Shown piece after piece: positions 37,901 through 51,512 of a DNA stretch of 64,000 bases. The stretch spans positions 434,001 to 498,000 of the forward strand of contig NW_026862474.1 in assembly GCF_026571515.1 (NCBI RefSeq). Direction: 5' to 3'. This DNA is from Ruditapes philippinarum (taxonomy: Eukaryota). Under the pieces are notes generated by a model. That model had not been told where the DNA came from. It searched no databases and saw only the letters and a list, made by a program, of their open reading frames with translations. Each line of letters opens with the position of its first letter. The stretch's first letter is position 1. Position numbers and translations under genes: made by a program.

Positions 37901-39312
37901 TTAAATCATTTTTATTAATGCACCGGAGAATGTGTTCCAACGATACACATCCTGTTTTATAATCGTGCCACTATGACCACCTGGTAAAACCTCGACCCAT
38001 ATCTTCTGTCCGGCGGTCACTATTGCAACTGTATCAGCTGAAGAACATCCATATCTATCATCACCTCTGAACAATGACGTTGTATATATTGTTCCTTCAA
38101 TCATTATACCAACAATTAAAGTCTGTTGGGCTAAAACACAGAAAGCTAAACTGAACATGTACAACCCATTGACTGGTGCTGTAAACTTTCCGGTACCAAG
38201 GTTATACGCATCTGCTTCGTTGAAGAGGACTGTTGGAAACACTATGATTTGACTGTTCTCAACTGACACAATCGCATTTAATCTTGCCTTAAATGCAACT
38301 GTATGTGTTACAGCATCTAAAAATAAAGAACGTTATGAATTTAAAAGCATGCGATATTATTTGTTTTATGCAAACAATTGAAAAACTAGATTTAACTCCT
38401 TGAAATGAAATTCCTACTGTATTACTCATAGAATTCTCATTTTTTTGTTCCGTGTGTTAATGTATGTTTCCCTGCATAAAATTCAATTATTGCTCTTCAC
38501 TAGAATGGTTAATAATATTTCCGCCACAATGATTACTATAATTTCTACAAACTTTCAAAATCCCGTGACGCTTTTGCGACTACATAATAATAACAATTGC
38601 ACGGCCGTGCATATGATGATGATGCGTCTTTTGCTTTTATCTCAATGGGCTCATATGTGTACTTGTGCACTTGCTGCGAGTTTAATGAAACACATTTTAA
38701 TTATTCACTGAACACATAGCTTTTATTTATCTTAGACATATATAATGTATAATATCAAGATAAATGCTTGAACTATTGTTCGTGAAACAAGCGGAACAGA
38801 TACGGATATTTTGTCGTCCTATATTTGATATTAATTATTTTACGCTGATCTGATTGACTTCTTTTAATACTTGTCAATGTTTTCTCTTTCGTTTAATCTC
38901 CTATACATATCTTATTACTATGATACAAGTACGAAAGATAAAATTTCTGTTAATGAATGATGAATGCAATGTTACCTGTATGACCTTTAAATTCATTGAG
39001 CTTTGTCTTAACTTCCGCTGTGACACCAGAGACTTCTTTCATACTGGCCTCTAAACTTGTTTCCAGCTCTTGTTGATTTGTTTTCATCTGATCACTCACT
39101 TCCATCTTAATACTTTCAACTTGTTTAACACATAGCTCAACTTCACTTTTCATATTCTCCATTTTAAATTCCATGCGCACCATTTTTTCTAGGACTTTTT
39201 CCTCAAAATCGTATTTAGAACAATGAGGTTCTTTACAATTCCTTCCACTTGTTAAAAGGAAAAGAAGAAACACCTTTTTACAAAGCGACATGTTTGATGT
39301 ATAGGCTCTCAT
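37901..39312 (-). CDS. Secreted C1q-domain-containing protein with N-terminal coiled coil (~250 aa). Model: join(39312..38976, 38316..37901)
   Basis: Signal-like KVFLLFLLTSGRNC and coiled coil CSKYDFEEKVLEKMVRME. Phase-1 intron. gC1q motifs: VAFKA, IVFPTVLFNEADAYNLGTGKFTAPVNGLYMFS, GQKIWV, NTFSGALI. Confidence 0.93.
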
Positions 39313-40681
39313 TACGAACTGCCTAGAACAAATGAACAGTACGGCTTCATGAAGTTATTCAATTTTTGCGAAAATACAATAGAAACTTGTGCCAACTAAT
39401 TGTTATGCATTTGATTGATTTGTTTTCTTACTCTATAATGTTTTTTTTTTTCTTTTTTTTCCGTTTTTTTTCTTTTTCTTATCGCAAAAGATTTATAACC
39501 ACAATGTTTTGCAGTAAGTTTTTGGAGGCGGCAAGAAAATTACTATAGATTCGCTGTATTTTCCACTGTTTTGTAGACATAAGTTTCATGAACATTAGAT
39601 CTGTTTTGCAGATATAGTGCACACTGATACATTTTGAATAAAACACTTTTACTAGCAATGTTTTTATTAAATTAATTATTATTTTAAACACATGTACATC
39701 TAAGAAGTTAATCATATGAAAATTTATTCAGAGCTTTGGCGCTCATTTGGAAATCATAAGAAACAGAAATATCTGAAATACATTAATCTCATAAATGCCC
39801 AAACAAAATGAAACATGTTGACAATTTTTATGGTGAATGTGAATACAGATTAAATACCGCCCAAAACAGGCGGGCGAAGCAATAAAGTAAATACATAAAA
39901 GGGCAACAAAACATAAAACTAACAACAAGAAGAGAACATAGAAGGACAGACATGGTGTTTTTGTACACATGATACAAAACTTTATATTGATATTTAAGTT
40001 TCAGCCAAAACTTATCACTATGAAAATAAACAACACAATGTTGTATCAATATTTAAAACATGTAAGGTAAAAATGTTTTTTCAACAAAAATTCAGATTCA
40101 GTTTGATTTAGCTTTGGAAAATGGTCAAATATTATATAACCCACTTATCCGATCCATTACCAATAGAATGTTGAAGTACCAAATACGATAATAGATTAGA
40201 GTGTCAAAAGTTACTTTAACTGATTAAGAGCATATTATTTTGAAAAGGAAAAGCAAGCATATAAACAAAATCTTACTCTAAATTTAATTTGTTTGCATCT
40301 GACTTTCATTCAATCACCAAGTAATTGAATGTGTTCAGGAGGAATATCTGATATACAAGCAAGCGTAAAATCGCTCGTCCATACCAATTAAAGAAATGCA
40401 TTTATGCACTTTTTTTGTTTTAGAGCATGTAAGATGCTTGTTACCTGACGGAACTACCTCAAAATGTGAAATAGTTTGTCATACAGAACACAAAACGTAA
40501 ACAAAGTAGAATTTTGACTTCCATACAAAATACTAAATCATTATAACAGCACTAATTGCCAAAAGTCAACGGATGAAAAATAATATTCAAGTAATTGGTC
40601 AATGAGTAACCTTTTGTAAATTATAAAAGTACACCAACAATAAAAAGTTTCTAAGATTGAAATAAAATTGAAAGCATCTCT

Positions 40682-41755
40682 TGTCAGGAGAAATGTCTGC
40701 CTTGATATTATTTAATCTTAGGAAAGATTTAGCAATAAATACTAGAACCAACTTCCAAGATAGGGGGGCTGGGCAGCACCGCCTGATATAAAAGTGAAAT
40801 ATTCTCAGTTGGAAAACTAGCATGTAATTGTTTAGTTAACACTATCTTTTTTTAGGTATTTTTATCCTTTTCTATCTCAAATCAATATATGCATGTAAAC
40901 AACAAACTCTGATTATTATTTACACCCAAAACAAAGAACTCTGATCATTATTTACACCCAAAACAAACACACATCATTTATCAGCCACTTATATGAAATA
41001 TCTTTTCACGTATACGTCTTTTATACGAAACAAGACAAGACACCTGGCGAGCCCAATCTCTAAACAACTTATGATCAAACAAAACAATAAAATCACCACA
41101 AAATGAAGAACACAAAAAATGAATATTTTGACAACTCTAAGATACGGTATAAACCACAAACATTCATCCAACAATATTAACTTCACACAATCTAATCAGC
41201 ATCAGAAAACAACTTAAACTAAAGCACCCAATATTTACATATATCCTCAAAACAAAGCAGCAACTAATATAATCTTGACAATACCAAACATTCAACCATA
41301 ATCAACCAATTATATCTTCACAAACAGATATAACTCAACAATCAAAACAACTAATTACAACCAATAAACCCTGATCAATTAAGATCACCACAATTGTATT
41401 CAACCACTTCAACAAACCAACAAAACTGACTTCAAAACAACAAAATTCTCTTCAAAACAACAAAATTCTCTTCCCAATAAAAAAATAACCGCTACACACT
41501 ATCAGCGTGTCTCTCCTAACTGATGTAAAATCTCTCTCCAAACGCGCATATTTGCTAGCTTAAACGATCTGACCTTTAAACATGTATACATTCAGCGACT
41601 GGTTTAAACATGATATTTACACTCTATTTAAAACAATGTATCACTGTAAAGAAATATTAACTCGTTGTTTCATCTACAACAATATATCACTGTAGGGAAA
41701 TATTAACTCGTTGTAAGATACATATCTACATATAAACTTCATGATTATTCTGACA
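40682..41755 (-). repeat. 3' LTR (~1.07 kb)
   Basis: TG...CA termini with 6-bp inverted ends (TGTCAG/CTGACA), adjacent to the PPT. The distal end is inferred because no second LTR is present. Confidence 0.7.
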
Positions 41756-41819
41756 GCCCCCTACTCAAGAAAACACTCCACTGTTTTCAAACAAAATGAA
41801 TAATCTACAATGTCTCTTT

Positions 41820-43400
41820 TCAGGTATCGAGTCTACTTAGGTAATCTGCACACACGTTGTCCTTTCCTTTCACAGCTACTATTCTAAACTTATAGTTCTG
41901 TAGAAACAATGCCCATCTCATTATGCGGCCACTTTCAACTTTACATTTCTGAATATACGTTAAAGGAGCATGGTCTGTATGCAGCTCAAATTCTTTCCCG
42001 TACAAATATTTGTTGAATTTCTTTATTCCAAATACCATTGCAAGACATTCCCTTTCGATAACCGAGTAGTTTCTTTCTCTATTCAACAATTTCTTACTCG
42101 CGTAAGCTATTGGAAGCAGACCATCATCAAACTGTTGAAGAAGTGCAGCCCCAACACCGGTATCTGAAGCATCACATTGCAAAACAAATGACTTTGAAAA
42201 GTCTGGAAGTCGTAGTATTGGTGATCGTGTCAGTACTTGCTTCAATGTCGTAAAGGCTTTTTCATGTTCTGGTTTCCATATGATTTTATTTGGCTGTCCT
42301 TTCTTCGTAAGATCTGTCAATGGTGAAGCAATTTCTGCAAATGAAGCAATGAATTTTCTGTAGTATCCAGCTAGACCAAGAAATGATCTCAGTTGCTTCT
42401 TTGACTCTGGTCGCATAGCGTCTCTAATTTTGACTAATTTGTCATCTTCCATTTGCATTTGTCCTTTGCCAACAACATGACCGGTAAATGGTATACTTTC
42501 AAATCCAATCATACATTTAGAAGGTTTAACTGTGATCTTTGCTTCTCGTATTCTTTCGAACAACTGTCTCAACATTTTTATATGTCTCTCCCATGTAACC
42601 GTATGTCCAAGCACATCGTCAACATAGTTATCAGTATCATTCACTCCGGAAAGCAACTTCCGCATCATTCTATTAAATGTTGCACCAGAATTGACCATTC
42701 CAAATGGCATCTTTCTGAATTGGTAACTACCTTCTGTTGTAGAAAATGCTGTGAGATGTCTTGATTTTGCTTCAATTGGTATTTGCCAAAAACCTTTGGT
42801 CAAATCAATTTTTGTGAAGAACTTATCTTCTTTTAGCTTTGCCATCACATCCTCAACATTACCCATTGGTTCTGTATCAAACTTTGTTACAGAGTTGAGT
42901 CGTCTGAAGTCAATACAAAAGCGGTTTGTATTATCCTTTTTCTTCACCAAAACAATTGGTGAATTATAATCAGAATTTGCTGGTTCAATGATACCACATT
43001 CAAGCATTTTCTTAATTTCATCCTCTACCGCTGTCCTTTTTGCATATGGTATCGTATATTGTCTAACACGAATTGGTGTTTTGTCAGTCAACTCAATCTT
43101 GTGAGATTCAAGATCTGTAGTTCCGGGAATATCAGTAAAAATATCCTCAAATTCTTGAAGCAACGCATTTACTTCTGATTTTTGTTCAAGTGTTAATTGA
43201 TCATTAACATTAACATCTCTGTACGTCTCTTCACTCTGTGTGTCTACTAGTTCTAAAAGATTTTCATCATCAACAACCCCAGTTTCATCATTATTTTCGG
43301 CCTCTATTACAGCTACACTCGCACAAATTCTATCTTCTCTTTCTTCGTATTTCTTCAGAAGATTTATGTGGTACATCCCAATTCTATCACCTACTTTCAC
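41820..43400 (-). CDS. Pol fragment: reverse transcriptase + RNase H
   Basis: SPIVLVKKKD..RFCIDFRRLN, KIDLTKGFWQI, MPFGMVNSGATF, YVDD, FLGLAGYYRKFI, CDAS, YSVIERECLA, TDH, ADYLSR. The stop directly after RNase H means no downstream integrase. Confidence 0.92.
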   Translation of the reverse strand: MKVGDRIGMYHINLLKKYEEREDRICASVAVIEAENNDETGVVDDENLLELVDTQSEETYRDVNVNDQLTLEQKSEVNALLQEFEDIFTDIPGTTDLESHKIELTDKTPIRVRQYTIPYAKRTAVEDEIKKMLECGIIEPANSDYNSPIVLVKKKDNTNRFCIDFRRLNSVTKFDTEPMGNVEDVMAKLKEDKFFTKIDLTKGFWQIPIEAKSRHLTAFSTTEGSYQFRKMPFGMVNSGATFNRMMRKLLSGVNDTDNYVDDVLGHTVTWERHIKMLRQLFERIREAKITVKPSKCMIGFESIPFTGHVVGKGQMQMEDDKLVKIRDAMRPESKKQLRSFLGLAGYYRKFIASFAEIASPLTDLTKKGQPNKIIWKPEHEKAFTTLKQVLTRSPILRLPDFSKSFVLQCDASDTGVGAALLQQFDDGLLPIAYASKKLLNRERNYSVIERECLAMVFGIKKFNKYLYGKEFELHTDHAPLTYIQKCKVESGRIMRWALFLQNYKFRIVAVKGKDNVCADYLSRLDT

Positions 43401-44863
43401 TTTGAAGTCAAACTCGTTGACTGCTTCACTTACAACAAATGGACCTTTCCATTGTTACATCAGTTTATTGTGTGTTGAAGGCAGGAGCAATAAAACTTTG
43501 TCTCCTTTCTTAAGACTTCTTTGTCGTGTTTACTTATCGTAATGATGTTTATACTCTTCTTGTGAGTTGCTGAGATTCTCTCTAGCAATCTTGCATGTTT
43601 GTTCTAATCTATTCCTCAAATCTAGGACGTACTCATACGTATTACGTGTCTCTGGTACTTCTGTCGGGCATAACGGGCGCGCGCCTTTAAACTACTGCCA
43701 GTAGTTGAATTCGTATAAAAAACAACAAAGCACACAAAGCTGCACAATATGTCGTTCAAATGTTTGTAATTAAACATTCGGGACTACGCCTACATTATTT
43801 CCATTATTATATTTCTGCGCATTTGAACTCAAAACCAATATCATACAAGAACACATACAAAAATAAGATGTATAAGGTATATTTTAGTAAAACGTGCCTT
43901 ATGCATTTGCATTTAGATAAGTATTACATATTGTGCCTTCTTCTTTTTGTTTCGAGGTAGTGTACCTTTAAGAGCCCTCCTAATGTACTAATTTTCCCCT
44001 AGCTTTTGTTTACTAATCGTATACAGTGTGGCAATACCACTTGACTATGACGTCATGTTCGGCATCATTTCCAAGACAAATGTTGCTCGATTCGGAAAAG
44101 AAAACATTTTCCGTTTTTCGAAAAAATACAACTTAAATGAATAACAAGACAAAAACATAAACAATACTTACAATTAGGCGTTTAAATCGGCCTTCCGCTC
44201 TATCTCGGAAATGCCGTTCGCTCGTTTTACTGTACACCACAATTTTGAAGTGGAGCGACCGTTCGCCGGGCGTGAACATGCAAAGGGCCTTATATCATAA
44301 CTCAGTTGCCCCGATGAATTTTTGCGAAACAGAGACTTTTCTCTTTTTTGCCAAAACTAGCAAACATTGTACTGTTTTATCTCTAAAACAAAAATAGTTA
44401 TATAATTTAAGTTGATATTGGTTATATTTTTAACATATATTGTACTTAAGTTTTAATGTATTATATGGTGGCAATCCTGTAAATACATGAAGTTATTGTA
44501 AATGAAAATACACCACATGATTCATGGCAGATAAACTACATGTATGTTTGATTTTATTAGGGAAAATATTGCAATTGAATATATCAGACTCTAAATGGAC
44601 GGGGAAATGGACATAATTTCGACGCAACGGACAATAAAGATTTGCAACGGGTACGTAGATCTATGTTTAAAGATAAATTAAATCGTGAAGGAAGTAATTC
44701 AAATTGAGAATAATAAGTAATAGCCTTTAAAAAAATGATTTACTTTACTTTATTTTATAATATATTGAAAATAGCTTGGATATTCTAAATGATATTTACA
44801 TGACGGCGAAATGGACACATTTTCGACGCTATCGAGATTTTTATATAATGGTTTTATGTGCAG

Positions 44864-46276
44864 ACAAGAAGCGCCGCAATGCGACGAAAACCAGGTTTTC
44901 AACGACCAAGTTTTGATGTGACAGCAATTAAGTAATTGTAGAGAAGCTGAAAATTCTATTGTAAGCAAATGACCTTGAACTTGCTCCCAGATATCTTAGT
45001 GGCAATCCAAAGCTGCCACTCAGCAAGGTTGGTGTCAAAAGGTCAAATCAAAGTCAATTTATAACATGAAAACTAAAAACATTAACCTTGATCACAGACA
45101 CCTGGGTAGCAATCCCAAGCTGCCTCTTGATATAAACTACCCATTCATCAAGTTTGGTGTCAATAGGCCAAAGCAAACTCAAGTTATTGAGCGGAAACTG
45201 AATTTCTATTTTTAGTAACAGTGACCTTGACCTTGATCACAGACACCTGGGTAGCAATCCCAAGCTGCCTCTTGATATAAGCTATCCATACACCAAGTTT
45301 GGTGTCAATAGGCCAAAGCAAACTAAAGTTATTGAGCGGAAACTGAATTTCTATTTTTAGTAACAGTGACCTTGACCTTGATCACAGACACCTGGGTAGC
45401 AATCCCAAGCTGCCTCTTGATATAAGCTATCCATACACCAAGTTTGGTGTCAATAGGCCAAAGCAAACTAAAGTTATTGAGCGGAATTAGTAACAGTGAC
45501 CTTGACCTTGATCACAGAAATTTGGGTAGCAATCCCAAGCTGCCTCTTGATATAAGCTATCCATACACCAAGTTTGGTGTTAATAGGTCAAAGCAAACTC
45601 AAGTTATTTAGTGGAAACTTAATTTCTATTTTTAGTAACAGTGACCTTGACCTTGATCACAGACACCTGGGTAGCAATCCCTAACTGCCTCTTGATATAA
45701 CCTATTTATACACAAAGTTTGGTGTCATTAGGCCAAAGCAAACTCAAGCTATTGAGCAGAAACTGAATTTCTATTTTTAGTAACAGTGACCTTGACCTTG
45801 ATCAAGACACCTGGGTAGCAATCCCAAGCTGCCTCTTGATATAAGCTATCCATACACCAAGTTTGGTGTCAATAGGCCAAAGCAAACTAAAGTTATTGCA
45901 TGAGCGGAAACTGAATTTCTATTTTTAGTAAAAGTGACCTTGACCTTGATCACAGACATCTGGGTAGCAATCCCAAGCTGCCTCTTGATATAAGCTATCC
46001 ATACACCAAGTTTGGTGTCAATAGGTCAAAGCAAACTAAAGTCATTGAGCGGAAACTGAATTTCTATTTTTAGTAACAGTGACCTTGACCTTGATCACAG
46101 ACACCTCGGTAGCAATCCCAAGCTGCCTCTTGGTATAAGCTACCTACACACCAAGTTTGGTGTCAATAGGCCAAAACAAACTAAAGTTATTGAGCGGAAA
46201 CCAAAAGTTGACGCCCGCCCGCCCGCCGACTTCGGCATTACAAGAACCCGGTTTTCGTTGAAAACCTGGTTAAAAA
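44864..46276 (+). mobile_element. Complete non-autonomous Helentron/HINE-like element with ~8-9 tandem ~146-bp units
   Basis: Subterminal inverted repeat CCAGGTTTTCAACG/CGTTGAAAACCTGG, (CGCC)n microsatellite after the array, 3' hairpin and A-rich end. Confidence 0.85.
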
Positions 46277-46619
46277 GTGTAGGTTTTAATTCAATTAGAT
46301 ATTAATATATGTTTATATTTATAAGTAATAATAGTAAAATAATTTAAATTAATAATAGCAAATTTGGAATATTGTTCGCATAACTGGGATACGGGGATAT
46401 TTTACAAAAAAATAAAAAAAAACACGTTTAAACTACATGGTCCATGATCCCATTGCGCAACGGAAAATTTGCCCACTTTCATAAATCATAGAGTATTTTG
46501 TAATAATTGTTTGTTGTGTATACATTATCAAAAACAATCAAAATGTATTTTTATGATCTTGACCCAAGGTACAAGCAATCAAATACGCGGGAATCGTTAT
46601 CAATTAGCTACATATCGTG

Positions 46620-47272
46620 CACGTGTATGGCCCGATGTGAGGCCCAGCTTCAATTGCGCAGATTCCCATGTGATGGGATGGTTAGGGGGTCTGACCGGGT
46701 GTCCACGGGTATAGGTGTGTCTGTCGGGAATACTCTGCTATTTTGCCGACGTTGAGCCGAAAATCTTACTATAAAATGGTAATTTCAGCTCATATCTCTC
46801 CAATTCCGGCTGACCAATGTGAGGCCCAGCTTCAATTGCGCAGAACCCCGTGTGATGGAATGGTTGTGTGCTCGGTGGCATAGGTGTGTCCGTCGGGAGT
46901 ACTCTGGTATTTTGCCGACGTTGAGCCGAAAATTTTACTATAAATGGTCATTTCAGCTCATATCTCGCCAATTCCGGCTGACCCATGTGAAGCCCAGCTT
47001 CAATAGCCCACAACCCCATGTGATGAGATGGTTAGGGGGTCTGACCGTGTGTCCGTTGGCATAAGTGTGTCTGTCGGGAATACTAGTCATTTTAACTAAT
47101 AGCTGGCCGGTGAGGCCCAGCCTCAATTGCGCAGAACCCCATATGGTGGGATGGTTAGGGGTCTGATCGTGTGTCCGCTGGTATTGGTATGTTCGTCGGG
47201 AATACTCTGGTATTTTGCCGACGATGAGCCGAAAATCGTTTGGGGAGGATACTAATCGACAGTCTCTTGGTT
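46620..47272. repeat. GC-richer tandem array (four units; spacings 182, 168 and 123 bp), probably a HINE-like element on the - strand
   Basis: GTGA(G/A)GCCCAGC(T/C)TCAAT recurs at ~46637, 46819, 46987 and 47110. The right end reads AACCAAGAG... on the - strand. Confidence 0.7.
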
Positions 47273-50200
47273 AAACATAATTGGTATGAATTGAAAAGAC
47301 TAAGTGACAATTGTTTAATAGTGTATAAATATCTTGCATTTGTTTATTAGCGAGTAATCATAATTATTCCCAAAGACCATCTATTAGTAGGTTATTTCCA
47401 AATCGAAAGTCTCTTATTCATACATAAATGATAATGCAAAATAGTTGCCCCTCATTACTGTTGGTTCAAATCCTGATGGGGACTTTGAATTCTTTGTGAG
47501 GAAGCTTTCAAGCTAGCTTACATCTACGTAGATGCTTGTTTATGCCTAGAATAACACCACAAGGAACATCAAAGGTCTTCCTCCACCAGTAAGGCAGTGT
47601 TGGTGCCACATAAAACCTTACCAGAAGAAATCAAAGCACTGAATGTACTGATGGAAAGGCTATGACAGAATGTTTCAGACTTATAGTTTCTTTTCTTTTT
47701 GCTTAAAATGTGCTGTTATTTCAGTTATTACCAAAATAAGAAGATATGCACATTGCGCCATTTATCCTTACTGTTGTGTTCAACCATTCATATATATGGT
47801 TAATATGGTTGACTATTCATTTTGTTAATATTCCAGAACATTTCATTGAGGTCTACATTCGGACTGTTAATCGATCATGATGCAAATTTTGAAAAACCTA
47901 AACTGCCATTTATAAATGACATACCAGCAAGTATGACGACTGTTCATTATAAGATCATAATACCATTTTACAACTGACGGTTCCTTATCAAAATATTCTA
48001 GGACTGTTCATCATAAATACTTTATGTCATTTTAATATCATTGAATGATAATAACTACTGCAAGTTATGCAACATTTTTATTGAACATAAAAATTATACA
48101 TATTTACATGTACCATAATTGAGATCAATAAGACACTGTCTTGTGATGAGTATTAATATTCATGCTCTACGGACAGAAAGTTGTCTTCTCCCGAAGCAAA
48201 TCTCGAATAAAATCACGTTTCAGAAAAGTATTCCCATTTTATTACTCGTCGTTGACTTTGACGGCTTCGGATAATATTAAAGCTAAATATTTCTTGAAAA
48301 AATACATATCTGCAAAGCTTATTCAAAATTGAATCAACCTAAGTGAAAATTGATCAGGTAGTTATCTTCTTTTTTTTACCGCCAACACTCAACCAACTTA
48401 TGGATTCTACATGTATTTTTAAACCTCACTAGCTTGAAATATATACTGCGGAAAATCTGTTGTTAACAGAGTGTGCGGTTATTATGTAGGTTTTTCCTTG
48501 CCGACCATTTCCCGCAAATAGATGAGAACATCGAAGCGTCAGTGCTATGAATGGTGTTATAAATAGCGTGTTTTGGAAGTTTTTGTTGAAACTTCTCCAA
48601 ATCCCTCCAGAGGCATGCACGTCGCGGAGAAGGCACACGGCAGGTCAAGGTCAAGTCATCTCAAGTACCAGAGGTGATTGGTTGACCTGTCGAGACTTAG
48701 GCGCTAATGAATGCCGTTTTTGTTGTCGTCAGTCAGGAAGTTGATGCCTTGACAGTACTGTCGTCTCCTTTACCACTAACGAACGAAGAATGGGCTACCA
48801 GGACGATTCTGCTTGAAAAAGACGTCCCCGATGCTATAATCTCGGACATATGGTTATTCCGGCGCCGAGTATAAATGAACTTAAAACACACACACACTTT
48901 TGTTGAAAACAAAACAAAAAAACAACAACACATTTTCTGTAGTAATTTTTCAAGTGTTGTAAAATGAATACGAAATTCGTCTTGTGCCGCCAATTATTTT
49001 TAGAACACAAACATATAAGTTCTTTTTATTATTTTTTTAAAACTTTTTATTCTTTAATATTTTCATGTATCTCATAATCTGTATTGAAAATTTTATTACA
49101 CATGGACTATCAAATTATGATTCGTTGCCCTAGAATTGAATAAACTTTCTAATTACACAATACGGGGTCATTTATTTGATTGAAGACTGATCTTTGCGTC
49201 TTTCTCTAAAATACTTATTTCCTTGTTAAAACATATTTGACCACATATTTCTGTCATTTAACTCTTCACTTTACTTCCGATTTTTGTTGTACTGAAACAC
49301 ATGTTTCTATTTGTGTTTTCTATTCGAATCTATAATCAGTTTAATGGGATCACCACCGGGTAAACGACTACTAGGTACTTTGGTCATGTTTTTTACCCCA
49401 AATATTTGAATGTTTCTATTGGGATTAAGATGAGCGTAGTTAACTAAACAACTGGTTGTATAAATCCCTGACCTGTCTAATTCTAATTATGAGATTTGTG
49501 GATATTTTAAGACTTTCACTACAAAATATTCCTAAACAAAATAGCATATGTTTAAATTTATTCCTATACAAATAAAAGATCAGAGTAGGGATCTGTCAAT
49601 TGCCAGACATATTTTTAAAAGATACTTTTATGTTAAAAGTTTGATTAATGAATTATGTAATATGAAAATATAAATACATGTATTGCTTTTTTTTATTTTG
49701 CTAATATAAAATGTAATCTTGTGGTGAAATTTTGTCGAAGGGTCTTTACGGATTTTGTAATTAAATTATTTTTTTTTCGGCGATACATGGTTTAAGAATA
49801 TAATGTTTTCAAACTATATGTTCATCACCATCAGTGAATTTATAGTTAAATGTATGCAAAATATTTACTAACAGCTATATGATATCGCGGTTTATGAGCG
49901 TTTTCCGCGTACAGCCTCTTAAGGTGTACTAATAAGTTAGTTTTCCTTAGTTATCACGCAAGCATGATCCATGTCTCTGATGTAAGCACAGTTTACCATT
50001 ATTTGTATTTAAAAATATTAAGAACTATTAATGGTTTATAACAACAAAAGAACATGCATGATATTGAGACTACGGTGTTCAACGTTCTAGTTAATGACCC
50101 GTCATAAACAGTTGGTCACTGCGTAGTAATTGGAAAACTGTTATCAAAAATAATAAAGAATATTTGCCACCTAATTAAAGCATTTACCTATAAATTTTCA

Positions 50201-51310
50201 TTTATGCTTTTTAAAAAAAAAAATTATTGATAAAGTTATTATGTAGAAGGGTTTTATACCAGAACTATTTATGACCAACGTATGACTAAACCTGATTACC
50301 GCGGCAGTATGACGTCACGGAGTAGTGATTTTGAAAAATTAAACAAACAAAAATCAAGAACTTTTCAGAGAATTATTATCTTTACAAATTGCAAATATGT
50401 AGTTAAAGAATGAAAATATTTTCATATTGTAAATGTCTGTGATGACTGATGAGTCAGCTTAAAAAAATCAAGGTACTATTTTTTGACCTGATTACCGCGG
50501 CAGTAAGATTTGACAAATGGTATTAACATTGGGGAGGCTATGCCTCCCCAAAAAGTCACTTAACATGAAATCGATCAAAGTTTAGGAAAAGACCTACAAC
50601 TACAAGTGCGCAAAATATTACATTATTGTTAATCAGGATCAATTTAGTGGTCAATATCATAATTGGATTCATCATAATTGGATTCATTCTTAAAAGAACA
50701 TTTAGGATTTATCATAGAAGTCATAGTTATTGTTAATATAATTATTAATTGATCTTTAGGGCTATGGTTGCTGTGCTTGAAATGAGTCAACTTCGACATG
50801 CTATAATTATTACATCAGGACAAGAACAAGACATTCTGACATTTCTGTGCAAAACATCAATCCCGGGAAGACAAAAAGAAATGACCCAGCATTTAAAATA
50901 TTCATGAACTTTTATTTTATGAAAAAACATAATTTATAATCTCATCTTTAAAAAAGTATATCACAGTGGTCATGAATGTGAAAATTTCTTTTTAACACTG
51001 CACCAGATACTGCTGTCCATACATAATTATTTTAACTTTGCCCAAATGGCAAAATTTATGCTTTTGGATAGCAATTTAAACAAGGGAATAAAGAACACAA
51101 ACATGAAAAATATCAAATGAACTAGATTAAACAACAAGAATTACAACAACAATAAAAGCAGTCATATCACAAGCTCACTCTTTATAGTTTTCAAAGGTAC
51201 ACATCTCAAGAAGAAAATAAAATGTATAAAAAATTCAAACAAACAAAAATACACTGATCAGTATTTAAAATGGCATTTGCAATCCATGTTATCATTGTAA
51301 TGTAATGTAT

Positions 51311-51512
51311 ATATGAGCCGCGTCACGACAAATCCAACAGTGGGTTTGCGACCAGCATGGATCCAGACCAGCCTGCACATCCGCGCAGTCTGATCAGGAT
51401 CCATGCTGTTTGCTTACCAACTCTTTTACAAGTAGAGAAACAGATGCACAGGCTGGTCTGGATCCATGGTTGCAAACCCACTATGTTGGTTACGTCGTGA
51501 CGCGGCTCATAT
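51311..51512. mobile_element. Palindromic MITE (family copy 3)
   Basis: ATATGAGCCGCGTCACGAC ... GTCGTGACGCGGCTCATAT. Confidence 0.85.

Larger units (their letters stand above)
40682..43662 (-). mobile_element. 5'-truncated Gypsy-type LTR retrotransposon with INT-RT-RH order (Gmr1-like) and intact 3' LTR
   Basis: Integrase C-terminus (KGDKVLLLLP...QWKGPF...YHINLLKKY, two stops) lies upstream of and in frame with RT and RNase H. A PPT (GAGTAGGGGGC) directly precedes the LTR TGTCAG (41755)...CTGACA (40682). Confidence 0.9.

Noticed and set aside
44864-46276. Regular repeats as a CRISPR array (also 1-733, 52765-53612 and 59469-60728)
   Set aside because: The units are whole ~146-167 bp tandem copies with no unique spacers. 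There are no cas genes, and the context is eukaryotic.
48430-49000. GC-richer island with AGGTCAAGGTCA and CCAAT motifs as a promoter or small gene
   Set aside because: No linked exons or credible ORF, and no definable termini. It may be a repeat fragment.
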